From positions 331 through 64,330 of the forward strand of contig JAGWBR010000013.1 of NCBI GenBank assembly GCA_021295785.1: DNA of 64,000 nucleotides, written 5' to 3'. Positions 53,629 through 62,435 of this stretch are shown here, piece after piece. A program made the translations under genes and the position numbers. This stretch comes from Gemmatimonadota bacterium. Lineage in GTDB: Bacteria > Gemmatimonadota > Gemmatimonadetes > Palauibacterales > Palauibacteraceae. The notes below the pieces were generated by a model. It worked only from the letters and a program-made list of their open reading frames with translations. It was not told the origin of the DNA and did no database searches. Position 1 is the stretch's first letter, and every line of letters starts with the position of its first letter.

Positions 53629-56600
53629 TCAGGAAACCGCGGGCGTGAGGGCTTGACCGAAGGCAGTGCCGCTACGGCGCGCAAGCCAGCGAAGGCGGAG
53701 CGAAGACAGCGCCGGCACCAGGAACATCAGGATGGCGGTGGTGAAAAGGATGCCGCAGCCGACCGAGGCCGAGAAGGGCACGAAGAACTGCGCCTGGATG
53801 GCGTCTTCGAGAATGAGGGGCGTGAAGCCGAGGAAGGTGGTCAGCGAGGTCAGCATGATCGGACGAAAACGCCCCTTGGCGCCCTCGATGATCGCCTCTC
53901 GCTCCGGGAAGCCTTCTTCGAGTTCCTGATCGATGAAGTCGATCATCACCAGGGAATCGTTCACCACGACTCCGGCAAGGCCGAAGAGCCCGATGAAGGA
54001 CTCCGAACTCAGGGCGATGCCCAGGATCCAGTGGCCGAGGATCACCCCGATGAACCCGAACGGGATGACGGCCATGATGATGAACGGCTTGGTGTACGAG
54101 CGCAGCGGGATAGCCAGCAGCGAGAAGATCAGGATCATGGCGATCCCGAACCCGGGGCCCAGCGCGTTCATTGATTCCAGCTGCTGCTGCTGTTCACCGC
54201 CAAAGGAGTAGGTCAGTTCAGGGTCCTCGGCGATCACCGCCGCAAGGATGTCGTCTTCCAGAATGCCGTTGGCCTGCCCGCCGGAGATCACCGCCGGATC
54301 CACATCCGCGGTAACCCTGACGACGCGCTGACCGTCCTGGCGATGGATGGCGGTCGGCGACCTGCCCGAACTCAGGGAAGCCACCCGGCTCACCGGGACC
54401 TCGGCGCCTGTCGGCGTCCGGACCAGGGCGCTCTCGATGTCGGTGATCGAGTTGCGTTGTTCCTCGGGAAGTCGCACGTACACACGAACCTCGTCCCGGC
54501 CCCGCCGCACCCGCAGGGCTTCCGCGCCGAAGAACGCGGCTCGCGTCTGCACGGCGAGGTCGTCGAGGGTCAGGCCCAGGGTTCGCGCTTCGGGCAACAG
54601 GCCGAGCTGGATCTCGGGGATGCCGGGGGTGACATCGGAGCGTATGTCGTGGATGCCTCCCACCTCGCGGAGACCATCAACGACCGATGTTGCGATCGCG
54701 GGGAGGCGCTCCGGATCCGGATGCGACAGCACGGCCTCGACTGGGTTGCCCAGGTCGTAGATCTCGCCGCTGATGGTGAGCCCGCGCACATAGGGCAGGA
54801 CACCCACTTCCTCGCGCCACGCCTGCACGACGTCTCCCGTGGGAATCCGCCGGTGCTGCGCGTCCAGGAGTTTGAACGCGATGGTGGCGACATTGGCTTC
54901 CGGGTTCAGGTTGGGATTGGGACTGAGTCCCCCTCCCTCGACGCGCGGCCGTTGGCCGACGGTGATCGTGACGCCTGAGAGCAGCGGAAGCGCGTCGTCG
55001 GGCCGATCTTCGGAGACGCGTTCGATGGCCCGGTGACCGGCCGCTTCCAGTTCGCGGGCCACCTCGTAGGTTCGCTGAGCCGTCGTCCCGTCGGGCATTT
55101 CCAGGGTGGCGGTTGCGAAATCCCCCTCGACCTTTGTGGCGAAGGTGAACGAAACGATGCCTGCCGGCAGCATGGCGCCGCAGAGGATGAGCAGTGCGAC
55201 GGCCGCCGAGAGCGTCAATCCGGGTCGATCCGTAGCGAAACTCACCCCGCGATGCAGCGGACCCTGTATGAACCTGCTCAACTGCGAATCGACACGACCC
55301 TGAATCCGGGCCACGAATCGGTCCAGGCGCGATCGGGGCGCCCAGTGCGGGCCGTGAAGATGGTGGGACAGGTGGTTGGGAAGCACCAGCAGCGACTCGA
55401 TCAGCGAAATCACCAGCATCGCGATGACGATGGTCGGCAGCGCCTTCCAGGTCTGTCCGACACCTCCGGGAATGAAGAGCAGAGGGGCGAACGCGACGAC
55501 CGTGGTCAGCACCGCAAAGATAAGAGGCACCTTGATCCGCCGGGCGCCGCGGATCGCCGCGTTGACCCCTGGCGTCCCCTTCATTCGTTCCAGGTGGATG
55601 TGTTCGGAGACTACAATCGCATCGTCCACCACGATCCCGATGGCGAGCACGAACGAGAACAGCGAGACCGCGTGGATCGCCAAGTCGAACGCCATCATTA
55701 CGGCCAGGGCGCCGATGCCCGAAACGCCGAGACCGACCGCTACCCAGAAGGCGAGTCGGAGTTCGAGAAACAGTCCCAGGGCGAGCAGCACCAGCAGGAG
55801 CCCGAGAAGACCGTTCTTCAACAGGATGGCGGCGCGCTCCTCGAAGGCATCGGATTCGTCGTTCCAGATGGTGATGCTCACCCCGTCCGGGAGTGAAGGG
55901 GCCACCTCGTCGGCGACGTGCTGGCGAACGGCGCGCGCTACAGTCATCACCTTCTCGCCGTCGGCCCTCGAGACCTCGACGAAGGCGGCCGGCAGACCCT
56001 GGTGCCGGACAATCAGATCCGTGGCCTGGAAGCCATCTTGCACCTCGGCGATATCACCCAGAGTGACGACCGTGCCGTCACCCCGGCTGAGGAGGACGAT
56101 CTCCTCGAAGTCCTGTTGATCGTAGCTCTGCCCCAGGGTGCGCACCCGGACCTGGGACTGCTCCGTGTCGATGCTGCCGGCGGACAGGTCCAGGGAGCTG
56201 CGGCGAATCGTGTTCGCGACATCGGTCAGGTTGAGCCCGAGGGCTCTGAGCCGCTGCAGGGGCACTTCGATCGAGATCTCGTAGTTTCGCACGCCGCTCG
56301 TCTCGACGTGGGAGACGTTGGGCAGCGCAGCGAGTTCGTCCTCGACGCGATATGCGAGTTCCTTCAACGAACGCTCGCTGACATCGCCATACACGATCAG
56401 CCGCATCACGCTCTGGGCGTTGGTCATCTCCCTGATCTGGGGCCGTTCGGCTTCGCCCGGGAAAGTCTGAATGCGGCCGACGGCCGCTTCGACATCGGCC
56501 AGGGCATCGTTCATGTCCGTGCCCGAACGCATTTCCACCCTGACCGACGCCATGCCCGGGGCCGCCACGGACTTGACCGCCTTCACGTCGCCCAGCCCGT

Positions 56601-56847
56601 TGACCTGGTCCTCGATCTTGGCGACGATGGCCTCCTCCACCTCTTCCGGGGTGGCGCCCGGATAGGCGACGGAGACCTCCACCTGGTTGAAGGGCACGGT
56701 GGGCCAAGCTTCCAGCTCGAGTCCGAATAGCGATGCCACTCCCGCGACGAGGATGCCGAACATCAACAGGTTGGCCGCAACGCTGTTGCTCGCCATGTAG
56801 GCGATGGGGCCGGGAGCTTCTGCGTGACTGCGTGGTTTGCGACTCAT
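53629..56847 (-). CDS. RND-superfamily efflux permease (AcrB/HAE1-like, 1072 aa)
   Basis: Typical 12-TM layout with two large periplasmic loops. The N-terminus is YMASNSVAANLLMFGILVAG. The conserved TM4 region is AIGIVVDDAIVVSE. Confidence 0.92.
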   Translation of the reverse strand: MSRKPRSHAEAPGPIAYMASNSVAANLLMFGILVAGVASLFGLELEAWPTVPFNQVEVSVAYPGATPEEVEEAIVAKIEDQVNGLGDVKAVKSVAAPGMASVRVEMRSGTDMNDALADVEAAVGRIQTFPGEAERPQIREMTNAQSVMRLIVYGDVSERSLKELAYRVEDELAALPNVSHVETSGVRNYEISIEVPLQRLRALGLNLTDVANTIRRSSLDLSAGSIDTEQSQVRVRTLGQSYDQQDFEEIVLLSRGDGTVVTLGDIAEVQDGFQATDLIVRHQGLPAAFVEVSRADGEKVMTVARAVRQHVADEVAPSLPDGVSITIWNDESDAFEERAAILLKNGLLGLLLVLLALGLFLELRLAFWVAVGLGVSGIGALAVMMAFDLAIHAVSLFSFVLAIGIVVDDAIVVSEHIHLERMKGTPGVNAAIRGARRIKVPLIFAVLTTVVAFAPLLFIPGGVGQTWKALPTIVIAMLVISLIESLLVLPNHLSHHLHGPHWAPRSRLDRFVARIQGRVDSQLSRFIQGPLHRGVSFATDRPGLTLSAAVALLILCGAMLPAGIVSFTFATKVEGDFATATLEMPDGTTAQRTYEVARELEAAGHRAIERVSEDRPDDALPLLSGVTITVGQRPRVEGGGLSPNPNLNPEANVATIAFKLLDAQHRRIPTGDVVQAWREEVGVLPYVRGLTISGEIYDLGNPVEAVLSHPDPERLPAIATSVVDGLREVGGIHDIRSDVTPGIPEIQLGLLPEARTLGLTLDDLAVQTRAAFFGAEALRVRRGRDEVRVYVRLPEEQRNSITDIESALVRTPTGAEVPVSRVASLSSGRSPTAIHRQDGQRVVRVTADVDPAVISGGQANGILEDDILAAVIAEDPELTYSFGGEQQQQLESMNALGPGFGIAMILIFSLLAIPLRSYTKPFIIMAVIPFGFIGVILGHWILGIALSSESFIGLFGLAGVVVNDSLVMIDFIDQELEEGFPEREAIIEGAKGRFRPIMLTSLTTFLGFTPLILEDAIQAQFFVPFSASVGCGILFTTAILMFLVPALSSLRLRWLARRSGTAFGQALTPAVS

Positions 56848-57065
56848 TGTGCCGGGTCAGCCTCGGTGGACGGATTCCGGGTTGTCAGGGGTACCGCGCA
56901 CCCTCGTAGGATACTCAACGGGTAGGAGTCATGCACCATGACGGGACCGTGTCGCGCTTCCACTCCGTCGCGAATCTCGTGGAGGTATACCGCCTCGTAC
57001 TTCAGCGACCTCCACAGCCGCTCGTGTGTGGACGCCCCCTGGTGGGCAAGCCCGGATTCAGAAAC
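56848..57065 (-). pseudogene. Relic of an IS3-family (rve integrase-core) transposase 3' end
   Basis: The minus ORF contains HERLWRSLKYEAVYLHEIRDGVEAR, the conserved ERLWRSLKYE...EAR block near the C-terminus of IS3/IS407-type OrfB. Flanking sequence is out of frame or degenerate. The relic abuts the RND start codon. Confidence 0.65.
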
Positions 57066-57289
57066 CGAGGCGGTGGCAGCTTGGTCAGGTACCCATCTTC
57101 GATATCCTGCCCAGCCTCGGCTTGCCGCCTGTGGTGTGCTGCCGGGGCACGAGACGGAGCCAGGTCGAGAAGTCACGCCCGCGGAACCGGCAGGCAACCA
57201 CACGTGCCCCGCGGTTTTCCTATCTCCAGAATGGCGGCCCACCAGACGGGCCGGCGGCCACCACTCGTAATGAACCCAGGAGGGGAAGA

Positions 57290-58537
57290 ATGATCAGGAA
57301 TCTGACTGGACGGAGAACAAGGGCAGACGGGATTTCGTCACCGGCGGCGACAGCGGGCCTGGCTCTGGCACTGGCGCTGGCATTCGCTGCGGACGCGACC
57401 GCGCAGCAGCGGAGGATGCTGGTTGAAGCCCCCCGCGTGTTGGAGGAACTGTCAGTTGTGTATGCGGGATCAGGATCCTACCTGGGGGTGATGATCGCCG
57501 AGGTTGGCTCGGAAGGGGCAGAGAGCACGGGGGCCGACTACGGCGCATTCGTTTCCAGCGTGGTTGAGGACGGCCCGGCAGCCGCTGCCGGCCTTCAGGC
57601 CGATGATGTGATTGTGTCTTGGAACGGCGAACGGGTGGAGGGAATTGCCCAGCTGAGGAGACTGCTCAGGGAGACGCCGCCGGGCCGCACCGCCGAGCTC
57701 GGAGTAATGCGGGGTGGGAGCACCATGACCATACAGGTGGAGCTGGGCGAGCCCTCGGAGCGCGCTGCCACAACCGTTTACGCGACAATGGAACGCGCTG
57801 CCGCCGCCGAAAGGCAGGCCCGGGAAGAATTGCAGCGGGTCCGTGAGGAGGCGGTGGAAGAAGCGTTGTCGGTCCGGGAGCGTCACGGAGTGGTGCAGGA
57901 GCTCCGCGAGCGCCTCTTGGACGCGCAGGGCGACCTTCGGGTCATGGACCTTCCGGTCATGCTTGAGGGTTTGGACTCACTCCACCATCTCGTTGAGGGA
58001 CTCGGCGACTACGCTCTGTTTGCCCCCCCGGCCGGCGTCTCGGCGCAACGGCTGGGCGACCAGCTGGCCGGGCACTTCGGAGTTGAGGGAGGTTTTCTGG
58101 TAACGAGCGTCCGCGAGCAGTCGCCCGCTGCAGAAGCTGGTCTTCAGGCGGGGGACGTTATCATTTCAATCGACGGGCACGACGTTACGGATCGCAGCGG
58201 AGGGTCCGGCTGGTTGGTGTGGAGGTTAACGGAAGAAGCGGAGGAAGATTCCCGGGAGGGCGGCGGGAACATGGAAATCCGAATAGTCCGCGACGGAGCC
58301 GAGCATACCGTTACAATCGAGGTACGATCCAACGAGACGCGGAGGGGTTTCTGGCCGCCCGGCGGCGGTGCCATGAACATGCGGGTGCCTTCGCTCCAGT
58401 TTCGGACCCCCGGAGGTCTGTCGCGGAGGCCGTCGCTCCAGCTTCTGCCGCACGTCGAGGCGGGCATTCACCGCCCTCGGGTGTTGATCCGCGGGCGCCC
58501 CCCGGTGGTCAGGGTCCGGGCAATCGGAACCAGGTGA
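57290..58537 (+). CDS. Secreted protein with two PDZ domains separated by a helical linker; no protease domain
   Basis: AGGAGGGG lies upstream of the ATG at 57290. Signal peptide is AGLALALALAFAADATA. PDZ blocks are GSYLGVMIAEV...VVEDGPAAAAGLQADDVIVSWNG and GFLVTSVREQSPAAEAGLQAGDVIISIDG. Confidence 0.8.
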   Translation: MIRNLTGRRTRADGISSPAATAGLALALALAFAADATAQQRRMLVEAPRVLEELSVVYAGSGSYLGVMIAEVGSEGAESTGADYGAFVSSVVEDGPAAAAGLQADDVIVSWNGERVEGIAQLRRLLRETPPGRTAELGVMRGGSTMTIQVELGEPSERAATTVYATMERAAAAERQAREELQRVREEAVEEALSVRERHGVVQELRERLLDAQGDLRVMDLPVMLEGLDSLHHLVEGLGDYALFAPPAGVSAQRLGDQLAGHFGVEGGFLVTSVREQSPAAEAGLQAGDVIISIDGHDVTDRSGGSGWLVWRLTEEAEEDSREGGGNMEIRIVRDGAEHTVTIEVRSNETRRGFWPPGGGAMNMRVPSLQFRTPGGLSRRPSLQLLPHVEAGIHRPRVLIRGRPPVVRVRAIGTR

Positions 58538-58544
58538 TCAGAGC

Positions 58545-59189
58545 CTAGAGACTGACTCCCAGCCTGAACATGAAACTGTCGAGCCTGGGATCCCCCTCGC
58601 CGTCCAGGGGGATCCCGCCTATGTGCAGGCCTTCCGCGTTGAAGAGGCTGCCCAGAGAGAACCCGTAACGGATCTCTGGCCAAAACGTCATGCCCAGGCT
58701 AATGCGGAGCCCCACGCCAATGTCAAACCGCGTGGGAGCCGAAGCCAGGGCATCGTTGATCGACGGGACCGAGCTGGACGGGAATGTGAATACCGGCCCG
58801 AATACCGCGTAGGGGCCCAGGAAGCGGGCAGGGATCTTTACAACAATATCCAGCGGCAGTTCCAGAACGTTCACATCGCCGTTGACCGAAGCACCGCCCG
58901 TTTCCGAGACCAGTTCCGGCAGTTGGTGGTAGACCACCCCCGGCCGGATGCCCAGGGGCCCCAGTTCAAGGTTGTAGAACACACCCAGGTGGTAGCCGTC
59001 GGATTGATCGGTTAACGAATGACCCGCGGCGGGGGAAAAATCGGTAATGGAGTCCCGGTTGTAACCGCCCAGGATCCCCAGCTGCGCCTGTGCCGGGGCA
59101 GCGGCCCCAGACGCGCACGCCGCGGCCAGCGCAGCCGCCACCCCGCGAACCCCCGGCCACCCGGCGGCGATCCGCTCAGCCCTTCTCAA
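58545..59189 (-). CDS. Small outer-membrane beta-barrel protein (OmpW/OmpA-N-like porin family)
   Basis: Signal peptide ends in APAQA. Alternating-hydrophobic strands and a C-terminal aromatic-rich strand (FMFRLGVSL) are present. Confidence 0.75.
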   Translation of the reverse strand: MRRAERIAAGWPGVRGVAAALAAACASGAAAPAQAQLGILGGYNRDSITDFSPAAGHSLTDQSDGYHLGVFYNLELGPLGIRPGVVYHQLPELVSETGGASVNGDVNVLELPLDIVVKIPARFLGPYAVFGPVFTFPSSSVPSINDALASAPTRFDIGVGLRISLGMTFWPEIRYGFSLGSLFNAEGLHIGGIPLDGEGDPRLDSFMFRLGVSL

Positions 59190-59404
59190 CGTTCCTCACT
59201 CGCTGGTCTGCTCCGTTTTCCGTGCCCGCCGCCGACCGCCATCCGTCCGCGGCCCTGGCCGAGCCCGTTTGGACTTCTCTCGCCCAACCGAACTTAGATT
59301 ACGGGCCTGCGGGCCGCCCGCCTTGTCTCGGCGGGCGAACGACCTCAACATCACCGACCGCACTGTCGATCGTGCCCACCACGCCCACAAAGGACCAGCG
59401 CCCC

Positions 59405-61171
59405 ATGCCAGGATTCTTTCTCAGCTCGACTCGTTTGTTCCGACCGCTGACTACCCTTTGCCTGCTGGCTGGTTTGGTCGCTGCCGGTTGCGGCGAACCG
59501 GCAGACGGCGCGGCCGACCTGGTCATGACAGGCGGGAAGATCGTCACGCTGTCCGACGCCATGCCCGAGGCATCGGCGCTGGCCGCCCGTGACGGGAGGA
59601 TTGTAGCGGTTGGGAATGACGATGACGTTGCCGGGCTGATCGGTCCCGAGACTCAGGTCATCGACCTGGCCGGACGCCTGGCGATTCCCGGGTTTATCGA
59701 GGGACACGGGCATTTCATGGGGCTCGGGAATGCCAAGATGATCCTGGATCTCACGACCGCGGGTACATGGGACGACATCGTGTCGATGGTGGGCGAAGCG
59801 GCATCGTCGGTGCCCCCGGGAGAATGGATCAGCGGCCGAGGGTGGCACCAGGAGAAGTGGAGCGAGGTTCCCGAGGGGGCAGTGGAGGGGCAGCCCACGC
59901 ACCAGACCCTGACGGCCGTGAGCGAGGATAATCCGGTAATTCTGACGCACGCGAGCGGCCACGCGGCGTTCGCAAACGGAATGGCCATGGAACTGGCGGC
60001 CATTGACGCCGACACGCCCGATCCCGACGGGGGGACGATAGTGCGCGACTCCGACGGGGAGGCAACGGGCGTTCTGCGCGAGACGGCGCAGGGGCTGGTC
60101 CGGCGCGTGCAGTCCCAAGCGATGGCGGCCCGCGGCGAGGAGGAGATCGAACGGGAGGCCCGCCTTCAGGTGCGGCTGGCCGGGCAAGACCTTCTGAGCA
60201 AGGGGATCACCAGCTTCCAGGACGCCGGATCGGGATTGGGAACGGTCGACCTGTTACGCTCGATAGCGGACCAGGGCCAGCTGCCGGTGCGGATGTATGT
60301 GATGCTGAGCGGCGGTCCGGAAACACTGGCAGACCGCCTGCCGGAATACTACATGGTGGGTTACGCCGACAACTGGCTAACGGTGCGGTCGATCAAGCAG
60401 GTAGTGGACGGGGCCCTGGGATCCCACGGGGCATGGCTGCTCGAGCCCTATACCGACATGCCGTCGTCGGTGGGGTTGGCCACGAACCCGCCCCAGCGAA
60501 TCGAGGCGGTCGCGGACCTGGCGCTTGAGCACGGCTATCAGTTGGCGACCCACGCCATCGGGGACCGGGGTAACCGGGAAGTGCTGGATCTGTACGAACG
60601 GGCCTTCGCCGCCGCGGCGGGGGAGGGTGGTTCGCCGGCGGACGTGGGTGCCGGGGTGCGGTGGAGAATCGAGCATGCCCAGCATCTGGACCCGGAAGAC
60701 ATCCCCCGCTTTGGCCAGTTGGGCGTGATCGCGTCGATGCAGGGCATCCACAACTGTTCAGATGCTCCCTGGATCCCGATCCGGTTGGGCGACGAGCGGG
60801 CACGCACCGGGGCCTATGTGTGGCGTGACCTGATGAACACTGGCGCGCTGGTTACCAACGGGACTGACACGCCGGTGGAAGACGCAGACCCGCTGGCCAG
60901 TTTTCACTGTTCGGTAACGCGCCTCACCAACACGGGAGATCCGTTCCATGTCGAGCAGGCCATGACCCGCGAAGAGGCGCTGCGGTCCTACACCATCAGC
61001 AATGCCTACGCGGCGTTTGAGGAACACATCAAGGGGACCCTGGAGGTAGGCAAGCTGGCCGATATCACCGTGCTCAGCCGCGATATCATGACGATCCCCG
61101 CGGAGGAGATATTGGATACCGAAGTCGATTACACGATCATCGGCGGATCGGTGGCCTATTCCCGGAACTGA
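59405..61171 (+). CDS. Amidohydrolase-family metallohydrolase (YtcJ-like), lipoprotein
   Basis: Lipobox LVAAGC. The HxH metal motif is IPGFIEGHGHF. Late motifs are GTDTPVED and LADITVLSRDI...GGSVAY. Confidence 0.88.
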   Translation: MPGFFLSSTRLFRPLTTLCLLAGLVAAGCGEPADGAADLVMTGGKIVTLSDAMPEASALAARDGRIVAVGNDDDVAGLIGPETQVIDLAGRLAIPGFIEGHGHFMGLGNAKMILDLTTAGTWDDIVSMVGEAASSVPPGEWISGRGWHQEKWSEVPEGAVEGQPTHQTLTAVSEDNPVILTHASGHAAFANGMAMELAAIDADTPDPDGGTIVRDSDGEATGVLRETAQGLVRRVQSQAMAARGEEEIEREARLQVRLAGQDLLSKGITSFQDAGSGLGTVDLLRSIADQGQLPVRMYVMLSGGPETLADRLPEYYMVGYADNWLTVRSIKQVVDGALGSHGAWLLEPYTDMPSSVGLATNPPQRIEAVADLALEHGYQLATHAIGDRGNREVLDLYERAFAAAAGEGGSPADVGAGVRWRIEHAQHLDPEDIPRFGQLGVIASMQGIHNCSDAPWIPIRLGDERARTGAYVWRDLMNTGALVTNGTDTPVEDADPLASFHCSVTRLTNTGDPFHVEQAMTREEALRSYTISNAYAAFEEHIKGTLEVGKLADITVLSRDIMTIPAEEILDTEVDYTIIGGSVAYSRN

Positions 61172-62419
61172 CTAACGGTAGAGGCAGGCCTCCGCCTCGG
61201 CGTGGCTCTCCGGGTGCACGGTTCGCTGCACCAGGTTGCCCTCACCGTCGTCTTGCCACTGGATCTGGAGGCCCGAAAGCAAGTTTTGTGCCCCGGCGTT
61301 CGACCCGCTGGCCAACACACTGAATGGACCTAGAATCGTCTCGGTCGCAGTGCCGAACAAGTAGTCGCGAAGCTCCACCCGGTCGATCTCGTTGTCTTCG
61401 GTCAGGGTCTCGGAAACAGCTTCCGCCAAAAGTTCGATCGCTCCAAAACCCAGTGCGGCGTGGTATCCGGGGGCCACGCCGTGTTCCTGCGTGTAACGCT
61501 GCACGAACGTGTTGTTCGACGCCAGGAACCCGTGAGTGTCTATCGACGCGGCCCACGGCGAGTGCCCCATCACGCAGACAGAGGCGTCGGTGCCGGCATC
61601 ATCGGGAAAGGTTGGGTCGGCCGGCCCGATTCCCAGGCTCATCATTAGCGGTTCGTAGCCGGCCAGCTCCACGGCGCGGGCCAGTTCAACGGCGACCGGG
61701 CGGTATCCCGCACTTACCAGGAAATCCGCTCCGGAATCGCTTGCAGCAGTAACGAACGAGGCAAAATCGGCCTCCCCGGCCGGATAGGAGGAGTCAATGA
61801 GCACCGCGAGCCCTGCTTCCTGAGCCGCCTCCCGAACTCCCGCCGCGACAGCCTGGGGGATGGCCGTCTCCTCGGTGAACAGTGCCAGTCGGGTCGCTCC
61901 GGCATCCACCGCAACCTCAACCGATCCCTGCAGCCAAGCCCTGGCGGGCACGGCCATCTGCACAGTCCAGGCCCGGGCTTCTCCTGCCCAGATCGAGGGA
62001 GCGGCCGCGGCCGTCGCGATCAGCGGCCAACCGGCCAACTCGGTTATTTCGGCCGCGGCCGCGGTTACCGAGGGTCCAAAAGGTGCCACAACGGCATCCA
62101 CGCTATCGTCGGTCACAAACCCTGCGTATAGAACTCGACTGGTCGCGGGGTCGCCCCGGTCATCCTCCAGCTCCAACACGACCGGGCGTTCGCCGAGGCC
62201 GCCCTGTTCGTTCAGCATGTCTACCGCCAGCCGGTAGCCCGCAGCCATTTGCGCGGCCTCAAACGCTGTTGCCCCGCCCTCGGCAAGGGTACCCTTGAAA
62301 ATCATGGGTTCCGGCGCAGGCTCCGGTATCACTGGTTCGCTGCCGCAGCCTGGTAACGCCGCCGTCACCAGGGTGCACGCACACCATACCCCGACCCGGA
62401 GGTTGCTTGACGAAGTCAC
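61172..62419 (-). CDS. ABC-transporter substrate-binding lipoprotein (LivK/branched-chain amino-acid-binding type)
   Basis: GTG at 62419 is preceded by AGGAGA. Lipobox AALPGC. YRLAVDMLNEQGGLGERPVVLELEDDRGDP matches the Peripla_BP_6 pattern. Confidence 0.82.
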   Translation of the reverse strand: MTSSSNLRVGVWCACTLVTAALPGCGSEPVIPEPAPEPMIFKGTLAEGGATAFEAAQMAAGYRLAVDMLNEQGGLGERPVVLELEDDRGDPATSRVLYAGFVTDDSVDAVVAPFGPSVTAAAAEITELAGWPLIATAAAAPSIWAGEARAWTVQMAVPARAWLQGSVEVAVDAGATRLALFTEETAIPQAVAAGVREAAQEAGLAVLIDSSYPAGEADFASFVTAASDSGADFLVSAGYRPVAVELARAVELAGYEPLMMSLGIGPADPTFPDDAGTDASVCVMGHSPWAASIDTHGFLASNNTFVQRYTQEHGVAPGYHAALGFGAIELLAEAVSETLTEDNEIDRVELRDYLFGTATETILGPFSVLASGSNAGAQNLLSGLQIQWQDDGEGNLVQRTVHPESHAEAEACLYR

Positions 62420-62435
62420 AACCCAACTCTCCTGA

